From contig CAWFKQ010000016.1 in NCBI GenBank assembly GCA_963816395.1, forward strand, positions 640,001-704,000: 64,000 bases of DNA, written 5' to 3'. Both the position numbers and the translations under genes were made by a program. The notes under the pieces were generated by a model, which did not search any database, was not told the origin of the DNA, and saw only the letters and a list, made by a program, of their open reading frames with translations. This document shows positions 43,586 through 55,953 of this stretch, piece by piece (position 1 is the first letter of the stretch; each line of letters starts with the position of its first letter). The DNA comes from an uncultured delta proteobacterium. GTDB lineage: Bacteria > Desulfobacterota > Desulfuromonadia > Desulfuromonadales > JACZKF01.

Positions 43586-46281
43586 TCATATCGCCGCCTT
43601 TTCCAGATCAAGGGCCACCAACTGCAACAGGCTCTCGTCGTTCATCTCCGTCAACAGGGTCTCCGCACCTTCCAGCAGCTCGGTCGCCAGTCCGGCCTTG
43701 GCCGCAATCAAGGCGTCGATCTTCTCTTCCACTGTCCCCTTGCAGATGAACTTGTGCACCATGACATTCTTTTTCTGGCCGATGCGAAAGGCGCGGTCGG
43801 TCGCCTGGTTCTCCACCGCCGGGTTCCACCAGCGATCGAAATGGATGACATGACTGGCCGCGGTCAGATTGAGACCGGAACCGCCTGCCTTGAGCGACAG
43901 GACGAAAAACGGCGGGCCATCCTCATGCTGGAAGCGGTCCACCAGTTTCTTCCGTTCGGCCACCGCGGTGCCGCCGTGCAGCACCAGGCCCGGGCGGCCG
44001 AAGAGGGTGGCGAGAAAGGTGGCGAGCGGCGCGGTCATCTCCCGGAACTGGGTAAAGATCAGTACCTTTTCCTGACGTGAGGCGATTTCTTCGACCAGCT
44101 CACGCAGCCGCGCGAATTTGCCGCTGCGGTCCTCGGTGTAGTCGCCGTCACCCAGAGCCTGGCCGGGATGGTTGCAGATCTGCTTGAAGCGCATCAGCGA
44201 CGAGAGGATCAGCCCCCGGCGTTTCATCCCTTCCCGCTGCTCCTTGAGCGCCTCGGCCAGCTCCTGCACCGCCTGGCTGTACAGCCGCGTCTGCGCCTTG
44301 CTGAGGCCGCACCAGGCCGCTATCTCGACCTTGTCGGGAAGATCGTCGATGACGCTGCGGTCGGTTTTCAGGCGGCGCAGGATATAGGGCTGGACCAGGG
44401 TGCGCAGCGGCGCATAGGAGGGCGGCTCGCGGTTTTCGAGCGAGGTGACGAACTGCTTGAAGCGGGGCGCGGAGCCGAGCAGGCCGGGACAGATGAAATC
44501 GAACAGCGACCAGAGATCGGATAGCCGGTTTTCCACCGGGGTGCCGGTCAGGGCGATGCGCGCCCTGCCTTTCAGGGTCTTGACCGCTTTGGCCTGCTGC
44601 GTGCCGGGGTTTTTGATGGCCTGGGCCTCATCAAGCACGACAAGGTTCCATTCCAGCTTTCTCAGCCACTCCTGGCGCTGCAGCATGCCGTAAGTGGTCA
44701 GCACCGCATCGACGGCGGCCAGAGCGCCGGCGGGATCGGCGGCGATCCGCTCCCGTTCCGTTCGTTCCAGTTCCGACGGATGCAGGCAGGCGACCGTGAG
44801 CGACGGCGCAAAGCGTTGCAGCTCGCTCTTCCAGTTGGCCAGCAGCGAGGCCGGCAGCACCAGCAGGCTGGGGGAGGGCCTCCCGGCCCGCCCCTGTTGC
44901 GCCAGCAGCAAGGCGATCACCTGGATGGTCTTCCCCAGTCCCATGTCGTCGGCCAGGCAGGCACCCAGCCCGAGCTCCGAGAGTAACCAGAGCCAGTTGA
45001 GGCCGGTCTGCTGATAGGGGCGCAGTCTCGCCTGCAAACGGTCCCCGGCCTGCACCGCCGCCAGCCGCGCCGGCTCCCGCAGCCCGGCGAGCAGCTCCCG
45101 CAGGCGCTCCCCGGCCTCCACAAAGGCCCAGCCGGTTTCGTCCAGAGTCGGGTCGTCTGCTGCCAGATCACGACGGGCGCCGGCCAGCAGGCGCATCCCT
45201 TCTATGAAGGAAAGGCCATCCCCGGCCCGCTTCGATCTTCTGCCACTGCTCCAGCGCCTGACGAAGTTTATCGCCATCGACCTCGACCCACTGCCCGCGC
45301 AAAAGAACCAGCCCCTCGCCGCTTGCCGTCAGCGCGGCGATTTCCTCCGGGGTCAGGTCGGCACCATCCAGGGTCAGCTGCACGCGAAAATCGAGCAGGG
45401 CCTGCGCCGAAAGGGTTTCGCCGGTATTGGAGCCGACCGCCACCCGCACCCGGGGGCGGGGACGTTTCTTCCACCAGTCGGGCAGGCGCACCACCAGACC
45501 GCTCTCCTCCAGGGCCGGCACATCCTTCAGAAACGGATAGGCCTCCTCCGGCGTCCAGGCCAGCGGGTGATAGATGTCGCTGCTCTCCAGCAACTCCTGC
45601 ACCCACGGGCAGCGCGTGCTGGCCGCATGGACCGGTTCCAGCAGGCGCAGCAGCGCTTCACGGTCATTGGCGCCGGCATACTCGCGCAGCGCCTGGCTGA
45701 GAGGCAGATGCTGAGCGCGGGCGTTTTTCCCCAGCCGCGGGATGTAGGTTGCCATAAAGGCAAAAGGGTAGTCGGGATCCTCTTTGTTTTCCGCCAGATG
45801 AAAACAGACCCGTCCCACCTGACGCCAGAGCGGCGCATGCTGGTGCAGAAAGCCGGCGAGGCCCTCGGCGTTGCGGGCGATTGCAGCGAGCACCCAGCGG
45901 TCGAGATCGGCCCAAAGAGCAGCAAGAACATCGGGCGTACAGTATTCAGCTCCCGCCATGGGAGGAATGCTCAGCGTCAGCTGGGCGAGCGTTGCGCTAT
46001 CGAGAGGTGCAAGGGGTTCCAGCCGCTCGGAGGTCGGCTGGATTTGACAGAGCTGCAGTAGATAGCGCGACCCGAAGTCGCGCCAGAACATCCAGGCAAG
46101 CGGCCAATCCGGTGCGGATTTACCCCCGGCCAGGGCCAGGATTCCCGCAGCTGGCGAATCCGCAAAAGCCCGTGCTATTTTTTCGGCATTCGTGTGGCTG
46201 GATCTCGGGAGAGCCGGACGCTGCACACGGAGACGAGCCGATCATCAGCAGATGACCGGATGGGGTGAGGGTGAGATTCAC
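43586..46281 (-). CDS. SNF2/SWI2-family helicase (frameshifts near 46190 and 45225)
   Basis: LRPYQ, LADDMGLGKT, DEAQAIKN, LTGTPVEN, SLKAGGSGLNL, DRWWNPAVENQATDRAFRIGQ. N-terminal half in ORF 45168..46226; start MNLTLTPSGHL inferred. Confidence 0.87.
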
Positions 46282-46496
46282 GATATAACACCTGCTGCGG
46301 CATGGATGGGGGATAAAGGCGGGGAGCCATCATTATCCAGGCCGGAGCATATCACCCGGCCAGGAGGATCGTCAATGTGAGTTGGCAAGGCGACAGGGGA
46401 GCAGATCCAGCCGTTTGCCCCCCCCCAGTGGAATGGGCGGAGGATGCTCTCCGGGGCGATTGGAAAAATATAAGTTGATGGAATGGTGCAGTGGTG

Positions 46497-46519
46497 ATAA
46501 GAATGAATGTTCATTCCGG
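46497..46519. promoter_or_regulatory. TetR operator copy 1
   Basis: ATAAGAATGAATGTTCATTCCGG with palindrome GAATGAA-TG-TTCATTC, upstream of tetR. Confidence 0.8.
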
Positions 46520-46539
46520 AATGGAGAGAGGTGACCCCC

Positions 46540-47127
46540 ATGACCAAGGCGGAGAAACAGGCGGAGAAACGTTCCGAAGTCGTCCGCGCAGCCCTCGAAC
46601 TCATCGCCGAAAACGGCTATCATGGCGCCCCCATGGCGATGATCGCCGATCGGGCCGGGGTGGGGGCGGGGACGATCTATCGCTATTTCGAGAACAAGGA
46701 CGTCCTCATCGCCGAACTCTACCGGGAACTCGAAGAGAGGATCTGCCTGGCGCTGCTGCAGGGGTATGAGGCGGAGAAGCCGATCCGGGAGCGGTTTCTC
46801 CACCTCGGCACGGTGCTGCTCAGGTTCTTCATCGACAATCCCCTCGATTTCCGCTATCTGGAACAGTTCCACAACTCCCCCTACGGGGCAGAGCACCGCC
46901 GTGACAAGCTCCTGGGAAAAAACCAGGAGCACGACGCGTATCGCGCGCTGTTCGAGGAGGGGGTTGCCCAACAGGTGATGAAGGATCTCCCGCTGCCGGT
47001 TCTTTTCGCCCTTGCCTTCGGTCCTCTCCTGTCCATAGCGCGTGACCATATTTTAGGTTTCTGCACGCTGGATGATGCCCTGATCGTCCGTTCCATCGAG
47101 GCCTGTTGGGACGGCATCAGGAGATAA
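46540..47127 (+). CDS. TetR/AcrR family regulator
   Basis: AALELIAENGYHG..MAMIADRAGVGAGTIYRYFENK. Confidence 0.93.
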   Translation: MTKAEKQAEKRSEVVRAALELIAENGYHGAPMAMIADRAGVGAGTIYRYFENKDVLIAELYRELEERICLALLQGYEAEKPIRERFLHLGTVLLRFFIDNPLDFRYLEQFHNSPYGAEHRRDKLLGKNQEHDAYRALFEEGVAQQVMKDLPLPVLFALAFGPLLSIARDHILGFCTLDDALIVRSIEACWDGIRR

Positions 47128-47151
47128 GCGATAAAGGTTATATTTTCTCAT

Positions 47152-47174
47152 ATAAGAATGAATGTTCATTCCGG
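47152..47174. promoter_or_regulatory. TetR operator copy 2
   Basis: Identical 23-mer upstream of the RND adaptor gene. Confidence 0.8.
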
Positions 47175-47192
47175 TACAATATCGAGGTGATT

Positions 47193-48373
47193 ATGCAAAA
47201 CCTGTCCAAAATCAAGTCGATCGCCGTGTTGGGAACTCTGGCCGTGGGTTTCCTGATGTCCGGGTGCGATAAGCAAAGCACTGCCGCCGGGCCTCCCAAA
47301 GCCGCTCCTCCCGAGGTCGGGGTGGTGGTGGTGGAGCCGCAGCGCGTGCCGATAACCACAGAGCTGCCGGGACGGATATCGGCTTACCTGGTCGCGGAAG
47401 TGCGGCCCCAGGTCGGCGGGATTATCCAGAAGCGCCTCTTCGTCGAAGGCGCCGACGTGAAGGCGGGGGAGGTGCTTTATCAGATCGACCCTGCCACCTA
47501 CCGGGCCGCCTACGATAGCGCCGCCGCCGCTCTCGCCAGGGCCGAAGCCAATGTGGTGCCTGCCAGGCTCAAAGCGGAGCGTCTGCGGGAACTCGTCAAG
47601 ATCAATGCCGTGAGTCAGCAGGATTTCGACGACGCCACGGCTGCTTTCAAGCTGGCCGAGGCCGAGGTGGCAGCCGCTAAGGCCGCGCGTGGCAGACTGC
47701 CCGCATCAACTTGGACTACACCTCCGTGAAGGCCCCCATCTCCGGGCGGATCGGCCGCTCCCTGGTCACCACCGGGGCGCTGGTGACGGCCAGTCAGGCG
47801 GCCCCGCTGGCCACCATCCAGAAGCTCGACCCGGTCTACGTCGATGTCACCCAGTCCACCGCCGAGCTGCTTCGCCTGAAGCGCGACCTGGCCAGCGGCA
47901 CCCTGAAGAGCAACGGGGACGGCCAGGCGCGGGTGGCGCTGGTCCTGGAGGACGGCAGCAAGTATCCGCTGCCGGGAACCCTGAAATTCTCCGATGTGAC
48001 GGTGAACCAGAGCACCGGCTCGGTCACCCTGCGCACGGTTTTCCGCAACCCGCAGCAACTGCTGCTGCCGGGGATGTACGTGCGCGCCGTCCTCGAAGAA
48101 GGGGTCATGGAGCAGGCGATTCTGGTGCCGCAGCAGGGGGTGACCCGCGACCCCGCCGGTAATGCCACCGCGCTGGTGGTCGGGGCGGAGGACAAGGTGG
48201 AGCCGCGGACCCTGAAGGTTGCCCGGGCCATCGGCGACCAGTGGCTGGTGAGCGACGGGCTGCAGGCGGGCGACCGCCTGATCGTGGAGGGCCTGCAGAA
48301 GGCGCGGCCCGGAGCGCCGGTCCGGGTTGTGGACCTCGGCCGCAAGCCCGCCGTTGCCTCGGTGAAACCGTAA
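47193..48373 (+). CDS. acrA: RND efflux periplasmic adaptor (AcrA/MexA-like; frameshift near 47690)
   Basis: Lipobox MSGC, AEVRPQVGGII, LYQIDPA, APISGRIG, LLPGMYV. Confidence 0.88.
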
Positions 48374-48503
48374 TCCGCGGAAATAAGAGCGGATCGAAAA
48401 TTCAAAGCAACAGGGAGTAGCCGCATAAACAGGACAAGCAGGATTATTCCTGTCTCTGTAGCCCCCTGCCTTGTGGCCAACGTTTTTCGCGTAGGAGACT
48501 TTC

Positions 48504-51500
48504 ATGGCCCAGTTTTTCATCGATCGCCCGATCTTTGCCTGGGTGATCGCCATCATCATCATGCTGGCGGGCGCCCTGGCGATCAAGGAGCTGCCCGTTT
48601 CCCAGTACCCGGCCATCGCCCCGCCCCAGGTCTCGATCAACGCCTCCTATCCCGGCGCCTCGGCCAAGACCGCCGAGGATACGGTGACCCAGGTCATCGA
48701 GCAGAAGATGAACGGGATCGACCACCTGACCTACATGGCGTCGACCAGCGATTCCTTCGGCAACGTCAGCGTCACCCTGACCTTCGATTCCGGCACCGAC
48801 CCGAACATCGCCCAGGTGCAGGTGCAGAACAAGCTGCAGCTGGCGACGCCGCTTCTGCCGCAGGCGGTCCAGCAGCGGGGGCTGCAGGTCACCAAGTCGA
48901 CCCGCAACTTCCTGATGGTCGTCGGCTTCTTCTCCGAAGACGGCAGCATGAACCGCTACGACCTGGCCGACTACGTCGCCGCCAATGTCCAGGACGTCAT
49001 CAGCCGGGCCCAGGGGGTCGGCGAGGTGACGATGTTCGGTTCCCCCTACGCCATGCGCATCTGGCTCGATCCGAACAAGCTGCACAGCTTCGGGCTGACC
49101 CCGGCCGACGTCAAGGCGGCCATCAAGTCGCAGAACGCCCAGGTTTCCGCCGGCCAGCTGGGGGGGACGCCCTCGGTCGCCGGGCAACAGCTCTCCGCCA
49201 CCATCACCTCCCAGACCCTGCTGAAAACGCCGGAGGATTTCGACAACATCGTCCTGCGCACCAACGCCGACGGCTCGACCGTCCACCTGCGCGACGTCGC
49301 CCGCAGCGAACTGGGGAGTGAAAACTACGACACCCTGGCGCGCTACAACGGCAAGCCGTCCGTCGGCCTGGCGATCAAGCTGGCCACCGATGCCAATGCC
49401 CTGAAGACCGCCGCTGCGGTCAAGGCGAAGATGGGGGAGCTGGCAAAAATATTTTCCCGCCGGCATGCAGGTGGTCTACCCCTACGACACCACCCCGGTG
49501 ATCAAGATCTCCATCGAAGAGGTCCTCTTCACCCTGCTGGAGGCGATCGGCCTGGTCTTCCTGGTCATGTTCCTCTTCCTGCAGAATTTTCGCGCCACGC
49601 TTATCCCGACCATCGCCGTGCCGGTCGTGCTGCTGGGGACCTTCGGGGTGCTGGCGGCGTGCGGCTTTTCCATCAATACCCTGACCATGTTCGCCATGGT
49701 CCTCGCCATCGGTCTGCTGGTCGATGACGCCATCGTGGTGGTGGAAAACGTTGAACGCATCATGAGCGAAGAGGGGCTCTCCCCCAAGGAGGCGACCCGC
49801 AAGTCGATGCGGCAGATCACCGGCGCCCTGGTGGGGATCGCCCTGGTGCTGGCGGCGGTCTTCATTCCCATGGCCTTTTTCGGCGGCTCCACCGGCGTCA
49901 TCTATCGGCAGTTTTCCATCACCGTCGTCTCGGCGATGATCCTCTCGGTGCTGGTGGCCATCATCCTCACCCCGGCGCTCTGCGCCACTCTGCTCAAGCC
50001 GGTGGCCAAGGGGCACAAGGCCGCCGAACACGGCTGGTTCGCCGGCTTCTTCCGCCTGTTCAACCGGGGCTTCGACCGCAGCAGCCGGGGCTATCAGTCC
50101 GCCGTCGGCCGCATGCTCGGCAGGACCGGGCGCTACCTGGTGATCTACGCGGTGCTGGTGGCCGTTCTGGCAGTCCTCTTCTACCGCCTGCCGACCGCCT
50201 TTCTCCCCGATGAGGACCAGGGTTTTCTCTATGCCATGGTGCAGCTGCCGGTGGGAGCCACCCAGGAGCGCACCCTCAATGTGCTCAAGGATTTCGAGCA
50301 CCATTTTCTGGTGGAACAGAAGGATGCGGTCGATGCCCTCTTCACCGTCTCCGGCTACAGCTTTGCCGGCCGGGGACAGAACATGGGGCTGGCCTTCGTC
50401 CGCCTGAAGGACTGGCAGGAGCGCCAGCGCCCCGACCTCTCGGTGAAGGCCGTGGCCGGCAAGGCGATGGCCGCCTTCTCTCATTTCCGGGACGCCCTGG
50501 CTTTCGCTTTCCCGCCGCCGGCGGTGCGTGAGTTGGGCAATGCCACCGGTTTCGACCTGATGCTGCAGGACCGGGGCGGGCTCGGTCATGAGAAGCTGGC
50601 GGCGGCACGCAACCAGCTTCTCGGCATGGCCGCCAAGGACCCCATCCTGATGGCGGTGCGCCCGAACGGCCAGGAGGACACCCCCGAGTTCCAGCTGGAC
50701 ATCGACCAGGAAAAGGCGGGCGCCCTGGGGGTCGCCATCGCCGACATCAACGACACCCTCTCCACCGCCTGGGGGGGCTCTTACGTCAACGACTTCCTCG
50801 ACCGCGGCCGGACCAAGAAGGTCTACCTGCAGGCCGATGCCCCGTTCCGGATGCTGCCGGAGGATATCGACAAGTGGTACGTCCGCAACAAGGCGGGCGA
50901 ACTGGTGCCGTTTTACGCCTTTGCCTCGGCCCACTGGGGCTACGGCTCGCCGCGCCTGGAGCGCTACAACGGCCTGCCGTCGATGGAAATCATGGGCCAG
51001 CCGGCCCCCGGCAAGAGCACCGGTCTGGCCATGGCGGAGATGGAGAAGCTGGTCGGCCAGCTGCCGGCCGGCATCGGCTACGAGTGGACCGGGCTCTCCT
51101 TCCAGGAGCGCCTGTCCGGCGCCCAGGCCCCGGCCCTCTATGCCATCTCCCTGCTGGTGGTCTTCCTTTGCCTGGCCGCCCTCTACGAGAGCTGGGCCAT
51201 CCCCTTCTCGGTCATGCTGGTGGTGCCGCTGGGGGTGTTGGGAGCGCTGGCGGCAGCCACCCTGCGCGGCCTGCCCAACGATATCTATTTTCAGGTGGGA
51301 CTTCTGACCACCATCGGCCTCTCCTCCAAGAACGCCATCCTCATCGTGGAGTTCGCCAAGGAGCAGATGGCGCACGGCATGGGGCTGGTCGAGGCCACCC
51401 TGGAGGCGGTGCGACTGCGGCTGCGGCCGATCCTGATGACCTCGCTCGCCTTCATGCTCGGGGTCCTGCCGCTGGTCGTCAGCTCCGGCGCCGGTTCCGG

Positions 51501-51666
51501 CGCCCAGCATGCCATCGGCACCGGCGTCTTCGGCGGGATGCTCTCGGCGACGGTGCTGGCCATCTTCTTCGTGCCGGTCTTCTTCGTGGTGGTGCGGCGC
51601 CTCTTCCCGGTCAAACAGCCGGAGCCGGAAGCCCCTGACGCCGCCCCGGCCACGGAGGTGAACTGA
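48504..51666 (+). CDS. acrB: RND efflux permease (AcrB/MexB-like; frameshift near 49448)
   Basis: [50 protein letters not shown]. Confidence 0.92.
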
Positions 51667-51667
51667 C

Positions 51668-53081
51668 ATGCTGCTCAGGACCTGCGGCCTCTCGGCAATC
51701 TTCTTTATCCTGGCGGGGTGCGCCACCCTGGCCCCCGAGTACACCCGGCCGGCGCCCCCGGTTCCGACCACCTGGCCGAGCGGCCCGGCCTATGAGGGAG
51801 TGAGCGGCCAGCCGGCGGCAACGGCGGTCGCCGATACCGCCTGGCAGGACTTCTTCCTCGATCCGCAGCTGCGGCAGGTCATCGCCCTGGCCCTGGAACA
51901 CAACCGCGACCTGCGCGTTGCCCTGCTCAATATCGAACGCTCCCAGGCGCAGTACCAGATCCGGCGCGCCGATCTCTTTCCGAAGGTGGACGCGAACGCT
52001 GCCGGCAGCGCCCAGCGCGTTCCGGATGACCTTTCCAACGGCCGGTCCGGGACGCTCCGCCAGTACAACGTCGGCCTGGGCGTCAGTTCCTACGAACTGG
52101 ACCTTTTCGGCCGGGTGCGCAGCCTCAAGGAGCAGGCGCTGCAGCAGTACCTGGCCACCGAAGAGGCGCGGCGCAGCATCCAGATCACCCTGGTGGCCAA
52201 CGTCGCCGCCGACTACCTGACCCTGGCCGCCGACAGTGAGCGACTGCAGCTCGCCCGGGAGACGCTGGCCAATCAGGAGGCCGCCTACCGGCTCATCAAG
52301 AGCCGTTTCGAGGCCGGGGTGGCGTCCGCCCTCGACCTCGATCAGGCGCAGACCAGCGTCGATACGGCGCGGGTGGACATCGCCCGCTTCACCACCCTGG
52401 TGGCCCAGGACGAGAACGCCCTCGACCTGCTGGCCGGCGCTCAGATCGGGGCCGATGCTGCTCCCCGCGACTCTTTCGCAAACCGTCACCCCCCTCAAGA
52501 ATTTCGCCCCCGGCCTGCCATCGGAGGTGCTGCTGCGCCGTCCCGACATCCTGCAGGCCGAATACCAGCTGAAGGGGGCCAACGCCAACATCGGCGCGGC
52601 GCGGGCGGCCTTCTTTCCCCGGATTACCCTGCTGTCCACTGTCGGCACCGGCAGTGACCAACTGGCCGGCCTTTTCACCGGCGGCTCCCTGGCCTGGAAC
52701 TTCGCACCGCGGTTGACGCTGCCGATTTTCACCGCCGGCAGCAACCAGGCCAATCTCAACGTGGCCAAAGTCGACCGGGATATTGCCGTGGCCCAATACG
52801 AGAAGGCCATCCAGACCGCTTTCCGGGAAGTGGCCGATGCGCTCGCCCAGCGCGGGACTATCGACGAGCAGATAGCGGCGCAGCAGTCCCTCACCAATGC
52901 GACAGCCGAGAGCTACAAACTTTCCCGGGCCCGCTACGAAAAGGGCGTCGCCAGCTACCTGAACGTCCTCGACTCCCAGCGCTCCCTTTACAGCGCCCAG
53001 CAGAACCTCATCGGCGTGCGCCTCGCCCGGCTCAACAACCAGGTGACCCTCTACAAAGTGCTCGGCGGCGGAGATCAATAA
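51668..53081 (+). CDS. Outer-membrane factor lipoprotein (OprM/NodT-like; frameshift near 52450)
   Basis: LAGC lipobox, [36 protein letters not shown]. Confidence 0.9.
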
Positions 53082-53250
53082 TCCCACCTCCTCCCCCTTC
53101 GAGGGGGAGGTTGCAGCACCCTCCCTGCCGGAAAATCCGGCCGCCGGCACCAAGAATCCGCCACCCGCGTTAAACTTTACTTGTAGCGCCCGGAGCGGAG
53201 GCTGCGTTGCGCGGTGGCAAGGATGGGTGCCGGCACCCTGGGCAGGAAAG

Positions 53251-55356
53251 ATGACGCCGAAGGTTAAATACTGGATATTCCTTCTCGCTATCGCCCTGAT
53301 CGTCTTCGGGGTGGTTATCGGCAGCTTCGTCGCCTCCTGGTACAACCTCTCCGCCGTTGAGCGGGAGACGGTCGGCGGACTGGCGGCCAAGCTTTTTCCC
53401 TTCCCCTTTATCGGCGGGCTGGTGCTGCTCATGATCATCGGCACCCTGGTAAGCCTGCTGTTTCACTACTACATCATCCCCATCCTGCAGATCGGCGAGG
53501 AGACGAAGCTGATCTCGGTGGCCAATCCCGACTACCGCATCGCTCCGCGCGGGTCCAAGGAAATCATCCAGCTGGTGCATATCCTCAACGAGTCGGGGCG
53601 GGAGTTCAAACGGCTGCGCAGCCAGATCAACGACCAGGTCCGCAGTGCCCAGGCGCAGCTGACCACGGAGCGCAACCGGTTGGCGGCGCTGATGTCGGAG
53701 ATCCCGAGCGGGGTTCTGGTCTGCAACAGGGAAGGGCAGATCCTGTTGTACAACCGCCAGGCCACGAAGCTGCTGCAGCAGCCCGGGCGCCTGATCGGGC
53801 TGGGGAGATCGGTGTTCGGGGTGGTCGACCGCGAGCCGATCGTCCAGGCGCTGGCGTTCCTGCAACGATCCATCCGGGAGGGGAAGAGCGCACCGACCAT
53901 TCAATTCATGGTGCGCCCGCAGGCCGGCCGGAGTCTTCGCTGCGACCTCGCGCCGGTCTTCTCCGAGTCCCCGGCGGAGCGCACCCTGGCCGGCTTTGTC
54001 CTGATCGCCGAGGATCTGACCGCGCAGATCGAGGCGGATCTGCAGCGGGACCTGCGGTTCCAGCGGCTGACCGAAACGATGCTTGCCTCCGCCGAACGGA
54101 TTCGCCGGGCCGTTTCCACCCTCCGTGCCCGCTCCGACCTGCCGGTTTCCGCTGTTGAAGCCCAGTGCCTGGCGATCGATCGCGCCGCGCAGGCAATGGA
54201 GCAGGAGGGGCGGGCCGCCAGGGCGGATTTCGGCAGCTTTCAGCCTGCCCGGGCCCGGGCCGAGAATGTCCTCGGCGCCTATCTGCTGGAACTCCTCCGC
54301 AAAAATCTGGTCCGGCACCGGGGTCTGCCCGCGGCGACCCGGCCCGCCCCCGACCTGTGGCTGAAAGTCGACAGCCTCGCCCTCGTCGGCGGGCTGACGC
54401 AATTCGGCGATTGCCTGACGGAGGAAGGGGGCGGGAGTGTTTGTCTGGAAATATCCCTCCTCTCGGACGGCCAGGCGCGTCTGCAGATCACCTGGCCGGG
54501 GTGCATCCTGGACCGGGACCGGCTGCGGGAATGGCGGGACCGTCCCCTGGGCCGGGGTGCCGACGGGCGCCTGATCTCGTTTCTCCAACTGATCGAGAAG
54601 CACCTGGGTACTCTGACCATAACAGGGGAAAGTCTGCACCTGGACCTGCCGCTGGTCAGGCGCATCGGCCAATTGGAGGTTCCGGCACGGGCCGGCGAGC
54701 GGCCGATCTATTACGAGTTCGACCTGTTCAATCAGCCCGGCGGGGAGGAACTGGGCAAGGTCCCGCTGAGCAAGCTCACCTTCGTGGTGTTCGACACCGA
54801 AACGACCGGCATTCACCCCTCCGACGGGGACGAGATCATCCAGATCGGCGCGGTCCGCATCGTCAACGGCCGCATTCTCTACAATGAGACCCTCGACCAG
54901 CTGATCGATCCCCGGCGGTCTGTCCCGCCGGCCTCGGTCGAGATTCACGGCATCGCCCCGGAGCTGCTCAGCGGCCAGCCGACGATCCGGGAATTCCTGC
55001 CGCTGTTCCATCTTTTTGCCGAAGGCGCCGTGCTGGTGGCCCACAACGCCGCCTTCGACATGAAGTTCCTGCAGTTGAAAGAGGGGGACTGCGGGGTGCG
55101 TTTCGACCATCCGGTGCTCGATACGCTGCTCCTCTCCTCGGCGGTGCATCCCCATCAGGAGTACCATTCCCTGGAGGAGATCGCCCGACGGCTGCACATC
55201 CCCATCGTCGGCCGGCATACCGCCCTGGGGGACGCTCTGGTGACCGCCGAGGTGCTGGTCAAACTCCTGCCGCTGCTCGCCGCCCACGGCATCCATACCC
55301 TCGAGGACGCGATCCAGGCCTCGGCCGCCTCCCCCTTTGCCAAGCTGAGTTTCTGA
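53251..55356 (+). CDS. Membrane-anchored PAS/HAMP protein with C-terminal DEDDh 3'-5' exonuclease (DnaQ-like)
   Basis: Two TMs, PAS (GVLVCNREGQILLYN), VFDTETTG, AHNAAFD, RHTALGDA. Confidence 0.85.
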   Translation: MTPKVKYWIFLLAIALIVFGVVIGSFVASWYNLSAVERETVGGLAAKLFPFPFIGGLVLLMIIGTLVSLLFHYYIIPILQIGEETKLISVANPDYRIAPRGSKEIIQLVHILNESGREFKRLRSQINDQVRSAQAQLTTERNRLAALMSEIPSGVLVCNREGQILLYNRQATKLLQQPGRLIGLGRSVFGVVDREPIVQALAFLQRSIREGKSAPTIQFMVRPQAGRSLRCDLAPVFSESPAERTLAGFVLIAEDLTAQIEADLQRDLRFQRLTETMLASAERIRRAVSTLRARSDLPVSAVEAQCLAIDRAAQAMEQEGRAARADFGSFQPARARAENVLGAYLLELLRKNLVRHRGLPAATRPAPDLWLKVDSLALVGGLTQFGDCLTEEGGGSVCLEISLLSDGQARLQITWPGCILDRDRLREWRDRPLGRGADGRLISFLQLIEKHLGTLTITGESLHLDLPLVRRIGQLEVPARAGERPIYYEFDLFNQPGGEELGKVPLSKLTFVVFDTETTGIHPSDGDEIIQIGAVRIVNGRILYNETLDQLIDPRRSVPPASVEIHGIAPELLSGQPTIREFLPLFHLFAEGAVLVAHNAAFDMKFLQLKEGDCGVRFDHPVLDTLLLSSAVHPHQEYHSLEEIARRLHIPIVGRHTALGDALVTAEVLVKLLPLLAAHGIHTLEDAIQASAASPFAKLSF

Positions 55357-55709
55357 GGTGCGGATCCGCATGGAGACGAACCACTCTAACGGAGAGTGGC
55401 TTTGCCAGGGCACGCCGGGGGGGCGGAAAATGATTGACATCCGCTCCTGAAAATCCGTTGAATGGAGGCCATCTCATCTGTAGGGGGAAGGGTGGAGCCA
55501 GTGCCGAGAGAAAATCAGCCGCCGCAGACGGGAAGCCGGACGGCTGGCTGTTGGTGTTTCAGGGGATCCAGCCATGGGGATTGAAGAGAGATTTGAAGGC
55601 GTCGGAGGTTTGCTGCAGTTGCCAGGAGAAGGCTTCAGTAGTATGCTCCGGCGAAGGCGCGGCGGTGCGGCGTCTGGTGACGCCCCAAGGGGCGGAGAAG
55701 ACGATCCGC

Positions 55710-55953
55710 CTAAAAGTCCCGCCCTTCACCCCGCACGATCTGCGCCGCACCTGCGCCATCGCAGCTGGCGAGGCGCTCATGGTATGGCAACGAGCAGATC
55801 GGCAGGCTTCTGAATCATGTCGACGGTCGGGTGACGGCGGTCTACAACCGCCACCGAAATGATGAGCTGATCAGGGAAATACTTACTGCCTGGGAGGGGC
55901 GGCTGCAGGAGATCTTGGCAGGTCGGAAACCCAAGATTAATTCAGATGAGTGA
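55710..55953 (+). pseudogene. C-terminal remnant of a tyrosine recombinase (P4-like integrase)
   Basis: FTPHDLRRT, then in another frame IGRLLNHVDGRVTAVYNRH...LTAW. No intact N-terminus. Confidence 0.72.

Noticed and set aside
48374..48503. 130-bp gap between acrA and acrB as an sRNA or small gene
   Set aside because: No convincing ORF, promoter or terminator; only a weak ACAGGA/TCCTGT inverted repeat.
55357..55710. tRNA or att site beside the integrase remnant
   Set aside because: No cloverleaf, T-loop GTTCGA motif or flanking direct repeat found.
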